Shown: positions 26,190 to 35,258 of the stretch, one piece after another
Numbering within the stretch: the stretch's first letter is position 1
Layout: each line of letters starts with the position of its first letter
Source: a virus
Taxonomy: Duplodnaviria; Caudoviricetes
Direction: 5' to 3' (one strand)
Length of the DNA stretch: 64,000 bases
Virus record (IMG/VR): IMGVR_UViG_3300037419_000894
Span: 1 to 64,000 of that record
The notes under the pieces: model-generated
Told to the model about the DNA's origin: nothing
Database searches by the model: none
The model's input: only the letters and a program-made list of their open reading frames with translations
Translations under genes and position numbers: made by a program

Positions 26190-27029
26190 ATGTCGATTCT
26201 TAGCATGGTCAGCACGCAAACCGCCCGAGCTGGTGTGCGTGTGGTCATTGCGGGAACCGAGGGCATCGGTAAAACGACCCTTATGGCCAGCGCACCCCGC
26301 GTGCTGGCGGTCCCGCTCGAAAACGGCCTCGTGGGTGTCAACGTAGCGAAGACGCCACCGCTGGAGCACTATGATCACGTCATGATGCTGCTGGACGAGA
26401 TCGAAGGAAACATCAAGGCTGGGCAGTTCCCCTACATGACACTCGCTGTGGACAGCGCCACCGCACTGGAACGCCTGATTCATCAGAAGGTGCTCGAGAC
26501 CGACCCGACCTACGGCAAAGGCAATAAGAAGGCCCTGACCATGGAATCGGCGCTCGGCGGTTACGGCAAGGCGTACCAGTACGCCAACGAATTGTTCGAC
26601 AACTTCCTCAAGAAGTGTGATGTCCTGTCGCAGTGGTACGGCCTGAATATCATTCTGACCTGCCACGTTTTTTCCGCACAAGTTCTCGACCCGACCGCCG
26701 GCGAATACAACTGCTGGGATCTCCTGCTGCACTCGCCAAAGAACCAGAAGGCCTACGGTAAGCGCGAGATGCTGACGCAGTGGGCGGACATCGTTGGCTT
26801 CCTGTACGAACCCATCTTCGTCACCGAGGGTGACAACATGAACAAGGGCGTCAGCGCAGGCAAAGGTCGTCTGCTTGGCGTCACCCGTGAGCCAGGCTTC
26901 GTCGCCAAGAACCGCTTCAACGTCGGTCCGCCGATCCCCATCCCGCGTGAGCAAGGCTGGAACCAGCTTGCGCATGCGATCTACCAGGCCAGCGGTTACG
27001 ACTGCTACAACCGCGACGTTCCGCAATGA
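26190..27029 (+). CDS. Sak4-like AAA ATPase (single-strand annealing recombinase)
   Basis: GTEGIGKTT Walker A, TLAVDS, WADIVGF, AKNRF; followed by SSB and nuclease genes. Confidence 0.85.
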   Translation: MSILSMVSTQTARAGVRVVIAGTEGIGKTTLMASAPRVLAVPLENGLVGVNVAKTPPLEHYDHVMMLLDEIEGNIKAGQFPYMTLAVDSATALERLIHQKVLETDPTYGKGNKKALTMESALGGYGKAYQYANELFDNFLKKCDVLSQWYGLNIILTCHVFSAQVLDPTAGEYNCWDLLLHSPKNQKAYGKREMLTQWADIVGFLYEPIFVTEGDNMNKGVSAGKGRLLGVTREPGFVAKNRFNVGPPIPIPREQGWNQLAHAIYQASGYDCYNRDVPQ

Positions 27030-27304
27030 CCGAATTCCGTGTGAGTAAGGTTGATACAACTACGATCACCTTGACCAAGAAAGGATGCTGCATAATGCCT
27101 CGTAGCAAGATGCAGGAGCGAATCGACATATTCGCACAGGCCCGCAGATTCAGCGGTTCCCCTAATTACATGATGAAGCATCTTCCCGCTATCATCAGCA
27201 ACCTGTTTGCCCGCGGCCTACCCCACGGCTGGGGTAATTAAGATTTTTCAACCCGCATAGCCGGCCTGCGGAAAAGGTCGGCGTCCTCAATATAGGGAAT
27301 TAAA

Positions 27305-28198
27305 ATGCCAGTTATCAATTTCGACCCGCGTACCGTTGCCCCGGACGCAGGCCAACCCGATGCCCTGCCGAACGGCTGGTACGTGTTCATCGCCAAGGAA
27401 ATGGAAGTCAAGCCTGGCGACAACGGCTGGAGCCTGAGCACCATGTTCGAAGTTGTCGAGCCTGCGCAGTTCAAGGGCCGCAAAGCCTTCCACAACTTCA
27501 ACATGGAAAACACCAGCGAAAAGGCACAGAACATCGGCCGCGCGCAACTGAGCGCCCTGTGCTACGGTGTGGGCCACTTGGACATCGTTACCGATACCGC
27601 GCTGCTGTATGACCGCCCGTTCAAGGGCAAGGTCGCCTTCAAGCCTGCAGAAGGCCAATACCAAGCGAAGAACGAGTTCAAGGCCTTCAAGCCGATGTCC
27701 GAAGACGTCGTCCTCGGCCCGTCGGGTGGTGCAACCCCCGCCAAAGGTGCACAAGCGCCGACCGGTCCCGCAGGCTTCCCGCCGCCCGCGCAACCTGTCA
27801 CCCCTCCGCCGATGCAGCAACAACCGCAATGGCAGCAGCCTGCCCAACAGCCACCGATGCAACAAGCTCCGGTCCAGCAAGCCCCTGTTCAACAGCTAAT
27901 GCAACAACCGGTCCAACAGCAGCAACAGCCATGGAACAACGGCGCTCAGCAACCGTGGCAGCAACCGGCCGCGCAAGCTCCGATGCAACAGCAGGCTCCG
28001 GTCCAACAGCCCCCGATGCAACAGCCGCCGATGCAGCAACAAGCTCAGCCGGCCTGGGCAGCAGCACCTGCCTATGACCCAAACGTCGGGGCTGGTGCGG
28101 CCAACTCGGCTGCCCCGGCCCAGCAGCCGACTACTGCCCCGTCACCGGAAGCCCAAGCTGCCCAATCGGCTCCGCCGCCGTGGGCTCGTCAAGGCTAA
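27305..28198 (+). CDS. DUF669-like ssDNA-binding protein with long Gln/Pro-rich tail
   Basis: LPNGWY...GRKAFHNFN...QLSALC...KNEFKAFK; PPW C-terminus. Confidence 0.8.
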   Translation: MPVINFDPRTVAPDAGQPDALPNGWYVFIAKEMEVKPGDNGWSLSTMFEVVEPAQFKGRKAFHNFNMENTSEKAQNIGRAQLSALCYGVGHLDIVTDTALLYDRPFKGKVAFKPAEGQYQAKNEFKAFKPMSEDVVLGPSGGATPAKGAQAPTGPAGFPPPAQPVTPPPMQQQPQWQQPAQQPPMQQAPVQQAPVQQLMQQPVQQQQQPWNNGAQQPWQQPAAQAPMQQQAPVQQPPMQQPPMQQQAQPAWAAAPAYDPNVGAGAANSAAPAQQPTTAPSPEAQAAQSAPPPWARQG

Positions 28199-28210
28199 AG
28201 TGACCACACA

Positions 28211-28362
28211 GCCTGCCTTCGGGCAGGTTGTTTAAAGCTGACGATGCCGCGTAAGCGGAGCTACGGTCTGCTAATCTGCCTGGAATACACGCCACGGGAA
28301 CCGTGACACGGTAACGAAGCATTTTAGTCGCTGGATGCCTTCCAGCCGTCAGCTTTAAACAA
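28211..28362 (+). ncRNA. Structured intergenic element B
   Basis: TTCG hairpin 28212-28227, then perfect 16-bp stem 28228-28243/28347-28362 enclosing three hairpins; ends at the RBS. Confidence 0.65.
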
Positions 28363-28371
28363 GGGAGAACT

Positions 28372-29334
28372 ATGGGTATTCAGCTTGCAATCAAAACACT
28401 GGACGCGATTGCGACTCAAATTGAGTCGGACCAAGGCGCGAAGTTCCGCACTCACCTCGGTCAAGTGATCCCACACATTGGTGATGCCTACCGTGGTGAG
28501 GACAGCGGTTTCCGTTCGCACCTTGGCGCGTCCATGATTGGCAGGCCGTGTGGTCGTAGTCTGTGGTTCAATTTCCGCTGGGTCAAGAAAGCCCGGTTTT
28601 CTGGACGCATGCTGCGTCTGTTCAATAGGGGACATCTTGAAGAAGCTCGCTTCATTGCTATGTTTTTGGCGATTGGTTGCCAAGTTTATCAGCAAGATGC
28701 TAATGGTAATCAGTTTAGGATTTCTGAGCTGGGTGGTCATTTCGGGGGTAGTGGTGACGGCGTTATTGTTGGGATTCCTGATCTCCCTCCTAACACCCCC
28801 GCTCTAGCTGAATTCAAAACCCACAACCTCAAATCATTCACCAAGCTGCAAAAGTCTGGTGTGCGCGAAGCCAAGTTCGAACATTTTGTGCAGATGCAGA
28901 TGTACATGCGCAAGATGCAGCTTCCAGTAGCGATCTATGGTGCGGTATGCAAAGACAACGATGAGCTCCACTTAGAAATCGTCTACCCAGACCAATACTT
29001 TGCAGACCAGTACCTTGAACGTGGGCGCACCATTGTTATGATGCGTCAAGTCCCCGAGCCAATCAAGAACGCTTCGCCTGGCCTGTTCGACTGCAAGTAT
29101 TGCGACTACAACGGTATCTGCTATGACCGTGAGCCTCCCGAGCACAACTGCCGGACTTGCGTACATTCTGAACCGCGTGCAGATGGGACTTGGTGGTGTG
29201 GTGATAAGAAACGACACATGGCAATGTCGTTTGGTAATCTGAGTGACGATGACCACACTCCAGGCGAAACTCTCCAGCTTAGTAAGGAACGTCAGCTCAA
29301 AGGCTGCAAGACCTTCTACGCCTCGGTGATGTAA
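28372..29334 (+). CDS. Cas4/AddB-like PD-(D/E)XK exonuclease
   Basis: ASMIGRPC, GSGDGVI, EFKT, QMQMYM, CKYCDYNGIC. Confidence 0.88.
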   Translation: MGIQLAIKTLDAIATQIESDQGAKFRTHLGQVIPHIGDAYRGEDSGFRSHLGASMIGRPCGRSLWFNFRWVKKARFSGRMLRLFNRGHLEEARFIAMFLAIGCQVYQQDANGNQFRISELGGHFGGSGDGVIVGIPDLPPNTPALAEFKTHNLKSFTKLQKSGVREAKFEHFVQMQMYMRKMQLPVAIYGAVCKDNDELHLEIVYPDQYFADQYLERGRTIVMMRQVPEPIKNASPGLFDCKYCDYNGICYDREPPEHNCRTCVHSEPRADGTWWCGDKKRHMAMSFGNLSDDDHTPGETLQLSKERQLKGCKTFYASVM

Positions 29335-29335
29335 T

Positions 29336-31123
29336 ATGTCGGCGCCTCTTATCCCTCGGGACTACCAAACCGAGGCAGTCAACTCTATTTGGCACTATTT
29401 TCAGACGCATGCTACGGGTAATCCGGTTGTCGCATTGCCAACAGGCACAGGCAAGGCATTTTGCATTGCCCTATTCCTGCAACAAGTGCTGATGCAATAC
29501 CCTAACCAGCGTATTCTGATCGTCACGCACAGCAAAGAGCTTATCGGACAGAACTACGAGGAGTTCCTAGGGCTGTGGCCAACCGCACCAGCCGGCATCT
29601 TTAGTGCTGGTCTTAAGCGTAAAGACTTGTTCAACCGCATTACGTTTTGCGGCATCGCGTCTATTAACAAGCACATAGAGAAGTTTGGTCACGTTGACCT
29701 CATGCTTGTGGACGAGTGTGATCTGATCAGCGATAAAGAAACCACGATGTACCGCAAGGTCATTGCGAAGCTGACAGAAGTTAACAAGTACCTCAAGCTT
29801 GTCGGTTTCACCGCAACCCCGTGGCGCACTGGTCAGGGTATGATTACGGACGAAGGTGGTATCTTTACAGATATCTGCTTCAACGCTACGGACATGGCTT
29901 CTTTCAATTGGTTTATTGAAGAAGGCTATCTCATTCCACTTGTATCGCCTATTACCAGCACCTTTATTAATCTTGAAGGCGTGCACGTCCGCGGTGGAGA
30001 GTTTGTAGAAAAAGAACTCCAAAAAGCATCCAGCAACGACGAAGTCACATTTGCAGCAGTTCAAGAAACTGTAGCAGGTGGGTTGGCTCGGAACCGTGAA
30101 CATTGGCTCGTGTTTGCCACAGGTGTCGCAAATACAGTCAAGGTAACCGAGATGCTTCAGTATCTGGGTATCCCCGCGCGCTGTGTCCACAGCAATATGT
30201 CGGACGGCGAACGCGACCAGAACATCAAGGACTGGAAGGACGGCAAGTTCACTGCAATGGTGAACAACGGTATCTTGACCACAGGCGTCAACTACAAAAA
30301 GATTGACTTCATCATTATGTTGCGCGGCACAGCATCGTCCCGCTTGTGGGTGCAGATGCTTGGTCGTGGAACTCGACCAGACTACGCTCCCGGTTACGAC
30401 CTCACCACTAAAGCTGGACGCCTAGCTGCCATTGCTGCCAGCCAGAAGCATGATTGCTTGGTCTTTGACTTTGCACGTAACGTAGAGCGGCTTGGACCGA
30501 TTAATGACCCTGTTATTCCAAAACAGAAGGGTAAGGGAACGGGTGAATTACCCATCAAAACCTGCGATACCGAGAAGCTGCTGCAACCGGACGATAAAAA
30601 TGCACCGAAACTCAAAGGTTGTGGGATGTACAACCATCCGAGCGCGCGGTTCTGTGGAGGTCACCCTTTTAAGACAGAGTTTGGTTGTGGCGCCGAGTTC
30701 AGCTTCAAGAGCAAAATTGTGGCCGAGGCGAGCACTGGTGAGCTTATCCGTACGGTTAAAGAGGACGATGCTCCAGTCTTCAAAGAGTTTGTGGTCAAAC
30801 ACATCACTTACGATATCCACCGGAAGATTGGCAAACCTGAATGCCTGCGCGTCACTTACTGGTGTGGTAATCAGAAGTTCAACGACTTTGTGTTTTTTGA
30901 GCACGAAGGCGGGGCACAGCGAAAAGCCCGTAAGTGGTGGGCAGAGCGAACAAGTGCCGAGTTTCCATCAAGCACCGCCAAGGCTCATGAACAAATTCAC
31001 ATGCTGCTTGAGCCGAAAGCTGTCAAGGTCTGGATGAACTGCCACCCATATCCTAAAGTTCACCAAGTAAGTTTTACTGGAGCCTTCCAAAAACCAATCG
31101 TTGGGGATGAAGTTCCTTTTTAA
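29336..31123 (+). CDS. SF2 DExD helicase (RadD/YejH-like)
   Basis: LPTGTGK, DECD, TAT, QMLGRGTR; Cys cluster near the C-terminus. Confidence 0.93.
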   Translation: MSAPLIPRDYQTEAVNSIWHYFQTHATGNPVVALPTGTGKAFCIALFLQQVLMQYPNQRILIVTHSKELIGQNYEEFLGLWPTAPAGIFSAGLKRKDLFNRITFCGIASINKHIEKFGHVDLMLVDECDLISDKETTMYRKVIAKLTEVNKYLKLVGFTATPWRTGQGMITDEGGIFTDICFNATDMASFNWFIEEGYLIPLVSPITSTFINLEGVHVRGGEFVEKELQKASSNDEVTFAAVQETVAGGLARNREHWLVFATGVANTVKVTEMLQYLGIPARCVHSNMSDGERDQNIKDWKDGKFTAMVNNGILTTGVNYKKIDFIIMLRGTASSRLWVQMLGRGTRPDYAPGYDLTTKAGRLAAIAASQKHDCLVFDFARNVERLGPINDPVIPKQKGKGTGELPIKTCDTEKLLQPDDKNAPKLKGCGMYNHPSARFCGGHPFKTEFGCGAEFSFKSKIVAEASTGELIRTVKEDDAPVFKEFVVKHITYDIHRKIGKPECLRVTYWCGNQKFNDFVFFEHEGGAQRKARKWWAERTSAEFPSSTAKAHEQIHMLLEPKAVKVWMNCHPYPKVHQVSFTGAFQKPIVGDEVPF

Positions 31124-31128
31124 AATCA

Positions 31129-31157
31129 TTTTGCGTTAGCGCAAACCCGTGTATAAT
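31129..31157 (+). promoter_or_regulatory. Sigma70-like promoter overlapping palindrome TTTGCG-N4-CGCAAA
   Basis: Consensus TATAAT at 31152; second copy of TTGCGTTAGCGCAAA. Confidence 0.55.
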
Positions 31158-31200
31158 TAATTGTGCTAAAAATATTTAACTCGGCAGAAAGGAACTAACT

Positions 31201-31743
31201 GTGTTGTCCAATTCCCAAAATTACATCTGCACTGCCACAGGCGGTTTCTTCAACTTTGATGAACCTGAACAGAACGTTTTCAATATTCGTGATATTGCAC
31301 ACGCGCTGTCGCGTATCTGCCGCTTCACCGGGCATACGAGTCGCCATTACTCTGTCGCCCAGCATTCGGTGATGGTATCCCATATTGTTCCGCCCAAGTT
31401 TGCGCTGCAAGGTCTAATGCACGACGGATCGGAAGCATACCTCGGGGATGTGTCTTCGCCTCTCAAGCGTTTGCTGCCCGATTACAGGCGTATTGAAAAG
31501 CGTGTAGAAGCTGCTCTTTTCTCCGCATTTGGATTACCAGATCAACTAGACGAATCTGTCAAGAAGGCAGACATGATACTCCTTGCCACTGAGCGCCGCG
31601 ATTTCATGCCTGTAACGTGGGACAAATGGGAGTGCTTGACCGGTGTGCAACCTCTTGAAAAGAAAATCATACCGTGGTCGAACGACGGTGCGAAGCTTGC
31701 CTTCCTGACCCGGTTTGAAGAGCTTATTTCTGGTAAGGCATAA
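31201..31743 (+). CDS. HD-domain phosphohydrolase (YfbR-like)
   Basis: DIAHALSRICRFTGH, YSVAQHS, LMHDGSEAYLGD, VKKAD. Confidence 0.9.
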   Translation: MLSNSQNYICTATGGFFNFDEPEQNVFNIRDIAHALSRICRFTGHTSRHYSVAQHSVMVSHIVPPKFALQGLMHDGSEAYLGDVSSPLKRLLPDYRRIEKRVEAALFSAFGLPDQLDESVKKADMILLATERRDFMPVTWDKWECLTGVQPLEKKIIPWSNDGAKLAFLTRFEELISGKA

Positions 31744-31745
31744 CC

Positions 31746-32480
31746 ATGTTTATTCTGTTGGACCTCGAAGAGATGTGCGTGCGCTACCGACATCCAAATC
31801 AGAACGTGCTCTTTAATCTTATGACTATCGAGTTCACGAATGCGGCGGTAGCATGCCAAGCAGACGACGATCCTGCGTCGTTCACGCGTTACACGGACCT
31901 GGAGCTCAAACTCTTGTTCCAAAACCTTACCGGACAAAAGTACACGGGCTACAGCCGGGAAATTCTGGTCAAGACCATTATTGCACTCATTGCAACCATT
32001 GAACCCGTGCAAGTCAATGCGTTGGAGCTGCGTGCGCAATCTCTGCACATCAAGGATGAGGAGCAAGGCTTCTTTAAGTACGTGCCTGGGCGCGTTTCGC
32101 CTACCCCGATGCCTGATGGTTACAAACCGCAAGCGCTTACAGCGCGCGCTGGGGTTGCCCCCATAGTTACCCCTAACCCTCCCGCTTTAACGCTGCCTGC
32201 GCGCGCTACGCAAGCGGCAGCTACCCCCGCACCAGCGCCGCAGCGCACCGCTAACCACACTCCAGCGGAGGCGCCCAAAGCTGGAGGTAAGACTGCTAGG
32301 GTTTGGGAGATTGCTGACCGGCAATTGCAACTCCAGCGTGAGGCAAATGAGAAGACTGGTGCAGCGTTAGACCTGAAAGCTCTACGCAAAGCTGTTGCAG
32401 CAGCCTGCGAAGCTGAGGGAGTGAACCCAAGTACCATGAGTGTCCAATTTTCCAAGTGGAAGAGCACCAAAAATTTGTAA
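31746..32480 (+). CDS. Two-domain protein, paralog family member 3
   Basis: C-terminal TARVWEIAD...AEGVNPSTMSVQFSKWK. Confidence 0.8.
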   Translation: MFILLDLEEMCVRYRHPNQNVLFNLMTIEFTNAAVACQADDDPASFTRYTDLELKLLFQNLTGQKYTGYSREILVKTIIALIATIEPVQVNALELRAQSLHIKDEEQGFFKYVPGRVSPTPMPDGYKPQALTARAGVAPIVTPNPPALTLPARATQAAATPAPAPQRTANHTPAEAPKAGGKTARVWEIADRQLQLQREANEKTGAALDLKALRKAVAAACEAEGVNPSTMSVQFSKWKSTKNL

Positions 32481-32498
32481 GTATCCAGAAAAAATCGC

Positions 32499-32527
32499 TT
32501 GCCCCGCATTAAAGGCTTTGTTATAGT
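32499..32527 (+). promoter_or_regulatory. Sigma70-like promoter
   Basis: TTGCCC-N17-TATAGT upstream of ORF 32589. Confidence 0.6.
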
Positions 32528-32588
32528 AATCACTCGCAGCCAAATTATTCACCTGTAGTTCATCTCAAACCACAACTAGGGAGTCATC

Positions 32589-33185
32589 ATGGAAAACCAA
32601 GCCGCCCCGGTCGAAAAGACCGCCGAACAAATCGAAGCTGAAAACAAAGCTGCTGCAAAAGCTGCTGCTGACGCCGCCAAGGCTGAAGCTAAAGCCCAAA
32701 AGGAAGCTGCAAAAGCTGCCGCTGATGCTGCCAAGAAAGAAGCCAAAGAAAAGGCCGATGCTGCGCGCGCTGAAGCTAAGAAAGCCAAAGAAGAGGCTGC
32801 TGCCGCCGCCAAGAAGGCTAAGGAAGATGCCGCTGCTGCCGCTGCCAAAGCAAAGGCTGATGCTGCCGCTGCTAAGCAAGCCGAAAAGACCAAGGTCGTC
32901 ATGCCCAGCCAGAACGGCATCACCCGCCCGAAAGCAGACGGCGCCTGCGGAAAGGTCTGGGCCCTGGCCGACGCTGAATCCGCACGTCTGCAACAACCGG
33001 TGCCGATCTCGAATCTGCTGACCGCCGCCCGCGCTGCTGGCCTGAACGACGCGACTACCCGCACGCAGTACGCCCGCTGGAAGACCTTCAACGGCGTATT
33101 CGGCTCGGTGCCGAAGATTGTCGAAGTTGCGCCGGCCGCTGCTGAAACTGCATCGAACGACCAAACCAACACCGCAGCCGCCTAA
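32589..33185 (+). CDS. Histone-H1-like Ala/Lys-repeat protein, paralog family member 4
   Basis: AAKA/EAKK repeats, then GITRP...CGKVWALAD...GLNDATTRTQYARWK. Confidence 0.85.
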   Translation: MENQAAPVEKTAEQIEAENKAAAKAAADAAKAEAKAQKEAAKAAADAAKKEAKEKADAARAEAKKAKEEAAAAAKKAKEDAAAAAAKAKADAAAAKQAEKTKVVMPSQNGITRPKADGACGKVWALADAESARLQQPVPISNLLTAARAAGLNDATTRTQYARWKTFNGVFGSVPKIVEVAPAAAETASNDQTNTAAA

Positions 33186-33324
33186 TTCGGCGCCGGCCTG
33201 GTCCAAGTAGTTGTAGCAAAGAAAACGCGAGCGCCCTCCTCCACTCATAGACGCTCGCGCTTTCCCCTCCTATAAACCCGTACTCGACAAGCTAAGGGCT
33301 TGCTCGATCCTCGTGAGGTTGTCA

Positions 33325-34053
33325 ATGATTCCTATCAACACCCAAGCGCCTGAAAAACGGCGCCAAGCTGACGACGGCTCCAGCTTGGAGGTGCACTCCC
33401 TCTTCTACACAATCCAAGGCGAAGGACCGTACTGCGGTTATCCGTCCGTGTTTGTGCGGCTGGCCGGGTGCAACCTTCAATGCCCGTCCTGTGACACGGA
33501 GTACACCGAAGGTCGCGAGCATTTGCACATCCACATCCTCGGTCCCAGCGCATGCAGGCTCTTTCCCAAAGAAATGAACCACAAGCTTGTGGTCATTACC
33601 GGTGGTGAACCCTTCCGCCAAAACATTGGTCCGTTTGTAAAAGGATTGATTGCAAACGGGACGCATGTTCAGATCGAAACAAACGGCACGCTCGCACCAT
33701 CCGAAGAGTTCCTTGAGGTGATCAACAAACACCCTGACGACGTCACGATCGTTTGCAGCCCAAAGGCTGGCAAGGTCAACCCGTCTCTGTGGCCACACAT
33801 CGACGCCTACAAGTACGTGCTGGATTATAACAGCATGGACCTCGACGGCCTACCGATCCGTGCGCTTAACCACACATGCGCCCCGCGCGTCGCTCGTCCC
33901 CACGAAGGGTTCAACGGTCCGATCTATCTGCAACCAATGGACCCAAAGCATGACGCGGATTACATGCGCAACGTCCGCGCTGTCAAGCGTAGCTGTATGC
34001 AGCACGGATACATCCTCCAATTGCAGATCCACAAAATCATAGGGGTCGAATAA
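33325..34053 (+). CDS. queE: 7-carboxy-7-deazaguanine synthase (radical SAM)
   Basis: FYTIQGEG, VRLAGCNLQCPSCDT (CxxxCxxC), ITGGEP, IETNG, QIHK. Confidence 0.95.
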   Translation: MIPINTQAPEKRRQADDGSSLEVHSLFYTIQGEGPYCGYPSVFVRLAGCNLQCPSCDTEYTEGREHLHIHILGPSACRLFPKEMNHKLVVITGGEPFRQNIGPFVKGLIANGTHVQIETNGTLAPSEEFLEVINKHPDDVTIVCSPKAGKVNPSLWPHIDAYKYVLDYNSMDLDGLPIRALNHTCAPRVARPHEGFNGPIYLQPMDPKHDADYMRNVRAVKRSCMQHGYILQLQIHKIIGVE

Positions 34054-34238
34054 TGGCGGGTGCTAAATCTAACGTTATCGTCCAAAAGGCTTTTCAAATG
34101 GTCCTTACCTTGGACGAGGACGAGGTTCGTATGTTAAAGGGTATGGTGCAGAATCCTTACCATCCGGACGAAACTCAAAAAGAAGCGGACCTCCGCGCCA
34201 CAATCCACAACGCAATCTTTGCAATGGGAGTCATGTAA
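34053..34238 (+). CDS. Small hypothetical protein
   Basis: TAATG coupling at both ends. Confidence 0.7.
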   Translation: MAGAKSNVIVQKAFQMVLTLDEDEVRMLKGMVQNPYHPDETQKEADLRATIHNAIFAMGVM

Positions 34239-34459
34239 TGTCTAAGAAACAAAAGCGCGTCTTCGCGTACAGCAATCTGCCGGCTCGCCCGGGCAACGTG
34301 CTCACGCAGGCAATTGCAGTGGGCCTGCTCATGGACCGCTTGAATGCGCCGGGCTGGGTGTGGGGCGCAGTGGGCCTGTTTTACGCACTCATCTTCATTG
34401 TTGCCATTGTTGCTTCGTTCACTCAAGTCCAGATCGATTACTTCAACAACGAGAAATAA
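34238..34459 (+). CDS. Small membrane protein
   Basis: Two hydrophobic helices; TAATG coupling. Confidence 0.7.
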   Translation: MSKKQKRVFAYSNLPARPGNVLTQAIAVGLLMDRLNAPGWVWGAVGLFYALIFIVAIVASFTQVQIDYFNNEK

Positions 34460-34460
34460 C

Positions 34461-35258
34461 ATGTCCAAACAGAAAGCTCTCGTCGTGCTGAGCGGCGGCC
34501 AAGACTCCACTACCTGCCTAGCCTGGGCTATTGCCCAAGGCTTCGACGTCCACACCATCACCTTCGATTACGGTCAAAAGCACGCAATTGAAATTGCGTC
34601 AGCGTTCAAGGTTGCCAAGATTCTTGGTATCCCGCCGGCCAAAATGGAACTGGTCCAACTCGGTGAAGGCATCCTTGCGGGTACGTCGCCGCTGGTCAAC
34701 CGGGCGGTTGAGCTCGAGCAGTATGCTGATCACCACAGTCTGCCTGGCGGCCTGGAAAAGACGTTCGTGCCGATGCGCAACCAACTGTTCCTGACCGTCG
34801 CTGCGAATCGCGCCTATGTCATGGGCTGCAACGTGCTGGTGACGGGCGTCTGCCAAGAAGACTCCGGCGGCTACCCTGACTGCCGTGCGGTGTTTATCAA
34901 CGCCTTGCAAAGTACGATCAACCACGGCACGTTCACCGGCGAACCGGGCACCCTGCCGCCGCTGCGTATCCTTACCCCGCTGATGTTCCTCACCAAGGCG
35001 CAGTCGGTCAAGCTGGCTATGGAACTGCCAGGCTGCATGGAAGCGCTCGCGTATAGTCATACCAGCTACGACGGCGCCTATCCTCCGGTCGGACACGATC
35101 ACGCAACCCTGCTGCGCGCCAAGGGGTTCGAAGAGGCTGGCGTGCCTGACCCGTTGGTCGTGCGTGCGTGGAAGGAGGGCTTGATGGATTTGCCTAAAAC
35201 CCGGAATTATAATAATGTGATCCCGAATATGGAGGCTGCACAAAGGGCAGTGGAATAA
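34461..35258 (+). CDS. queC: 7-cyano-7-deazaguanine synthase (lacks the Cys4 zinc motif)
   Basis: LSGGQDST PP-loop, FDYGQ, VPMRN, YPDCR, TPLM. Confidence 0.95.
   Translation: MSKQKALVVLSGGQDSTTCLAWAIAQGFDVHTITFDYGQKHAIEIASAFKVAKILGIPPAKMELVQLGEGILAGTSPLVNRAVELEQYADHHSLPGGLEKTFVPMRNQLFLTVAANRAYVMGCNVLVTGVCQEDSGGYPDCRAVFINALQSTINHGTFTGEPGTLPPLRILTPLMFLTKAQSVKLAMELPGCMEALAYSHTSYDGAYPPVGHDHATLLRAKGFEEAGVPDPLVVRAWKEGLMDLPKTRNYNNVIPNMEAAQRAVE

Noticed and set aside
26172-27059. Long antisense ORFs (26172-27059, 34599-35273, 62007-63089, 9547-10218 and similar)
   Set aside because: Shadows of strongly codon-biased genes on the opposite strand; no RBS or recognisable motifs.
27026-27241. ORF between the Sak4-like and SSB genes
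   Set aside because: No RBS and atypical composition; more likely a regulatory spacer. Left uncalled.
27780-28070. CAG/CAA-rich repeats (also 1341-1365)
   Set aside because: Explained by Gln/Pro-rich protein tails.
10734-28244. Other CTGANGA heptamers (10734, 11908, 16484, 20546, 23916, 28238 and others)
   Set aside because: None has stem II followed by GAAA and a correctly paired UH cleavage site.
28222-28285. HDV-like ribozyme suggested by GCTAAT followed by CTGCC pairing with GGCAG
   Set aside because: No P1, P3 or L3 could be built.
28372-29334. Cas4-like nuclease as a CRISPR component
   Set aside because: Stand-alone Cas4-like nucleases are common in phage recombination modules; no array or other cas genes.
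23144-31743. MazG-like plus HD hydrolase as a Z-genome (MazZ/DatZ) system
   Set aside because: No PurZ/adenylosuccinate-synthetase-like gene in the window.
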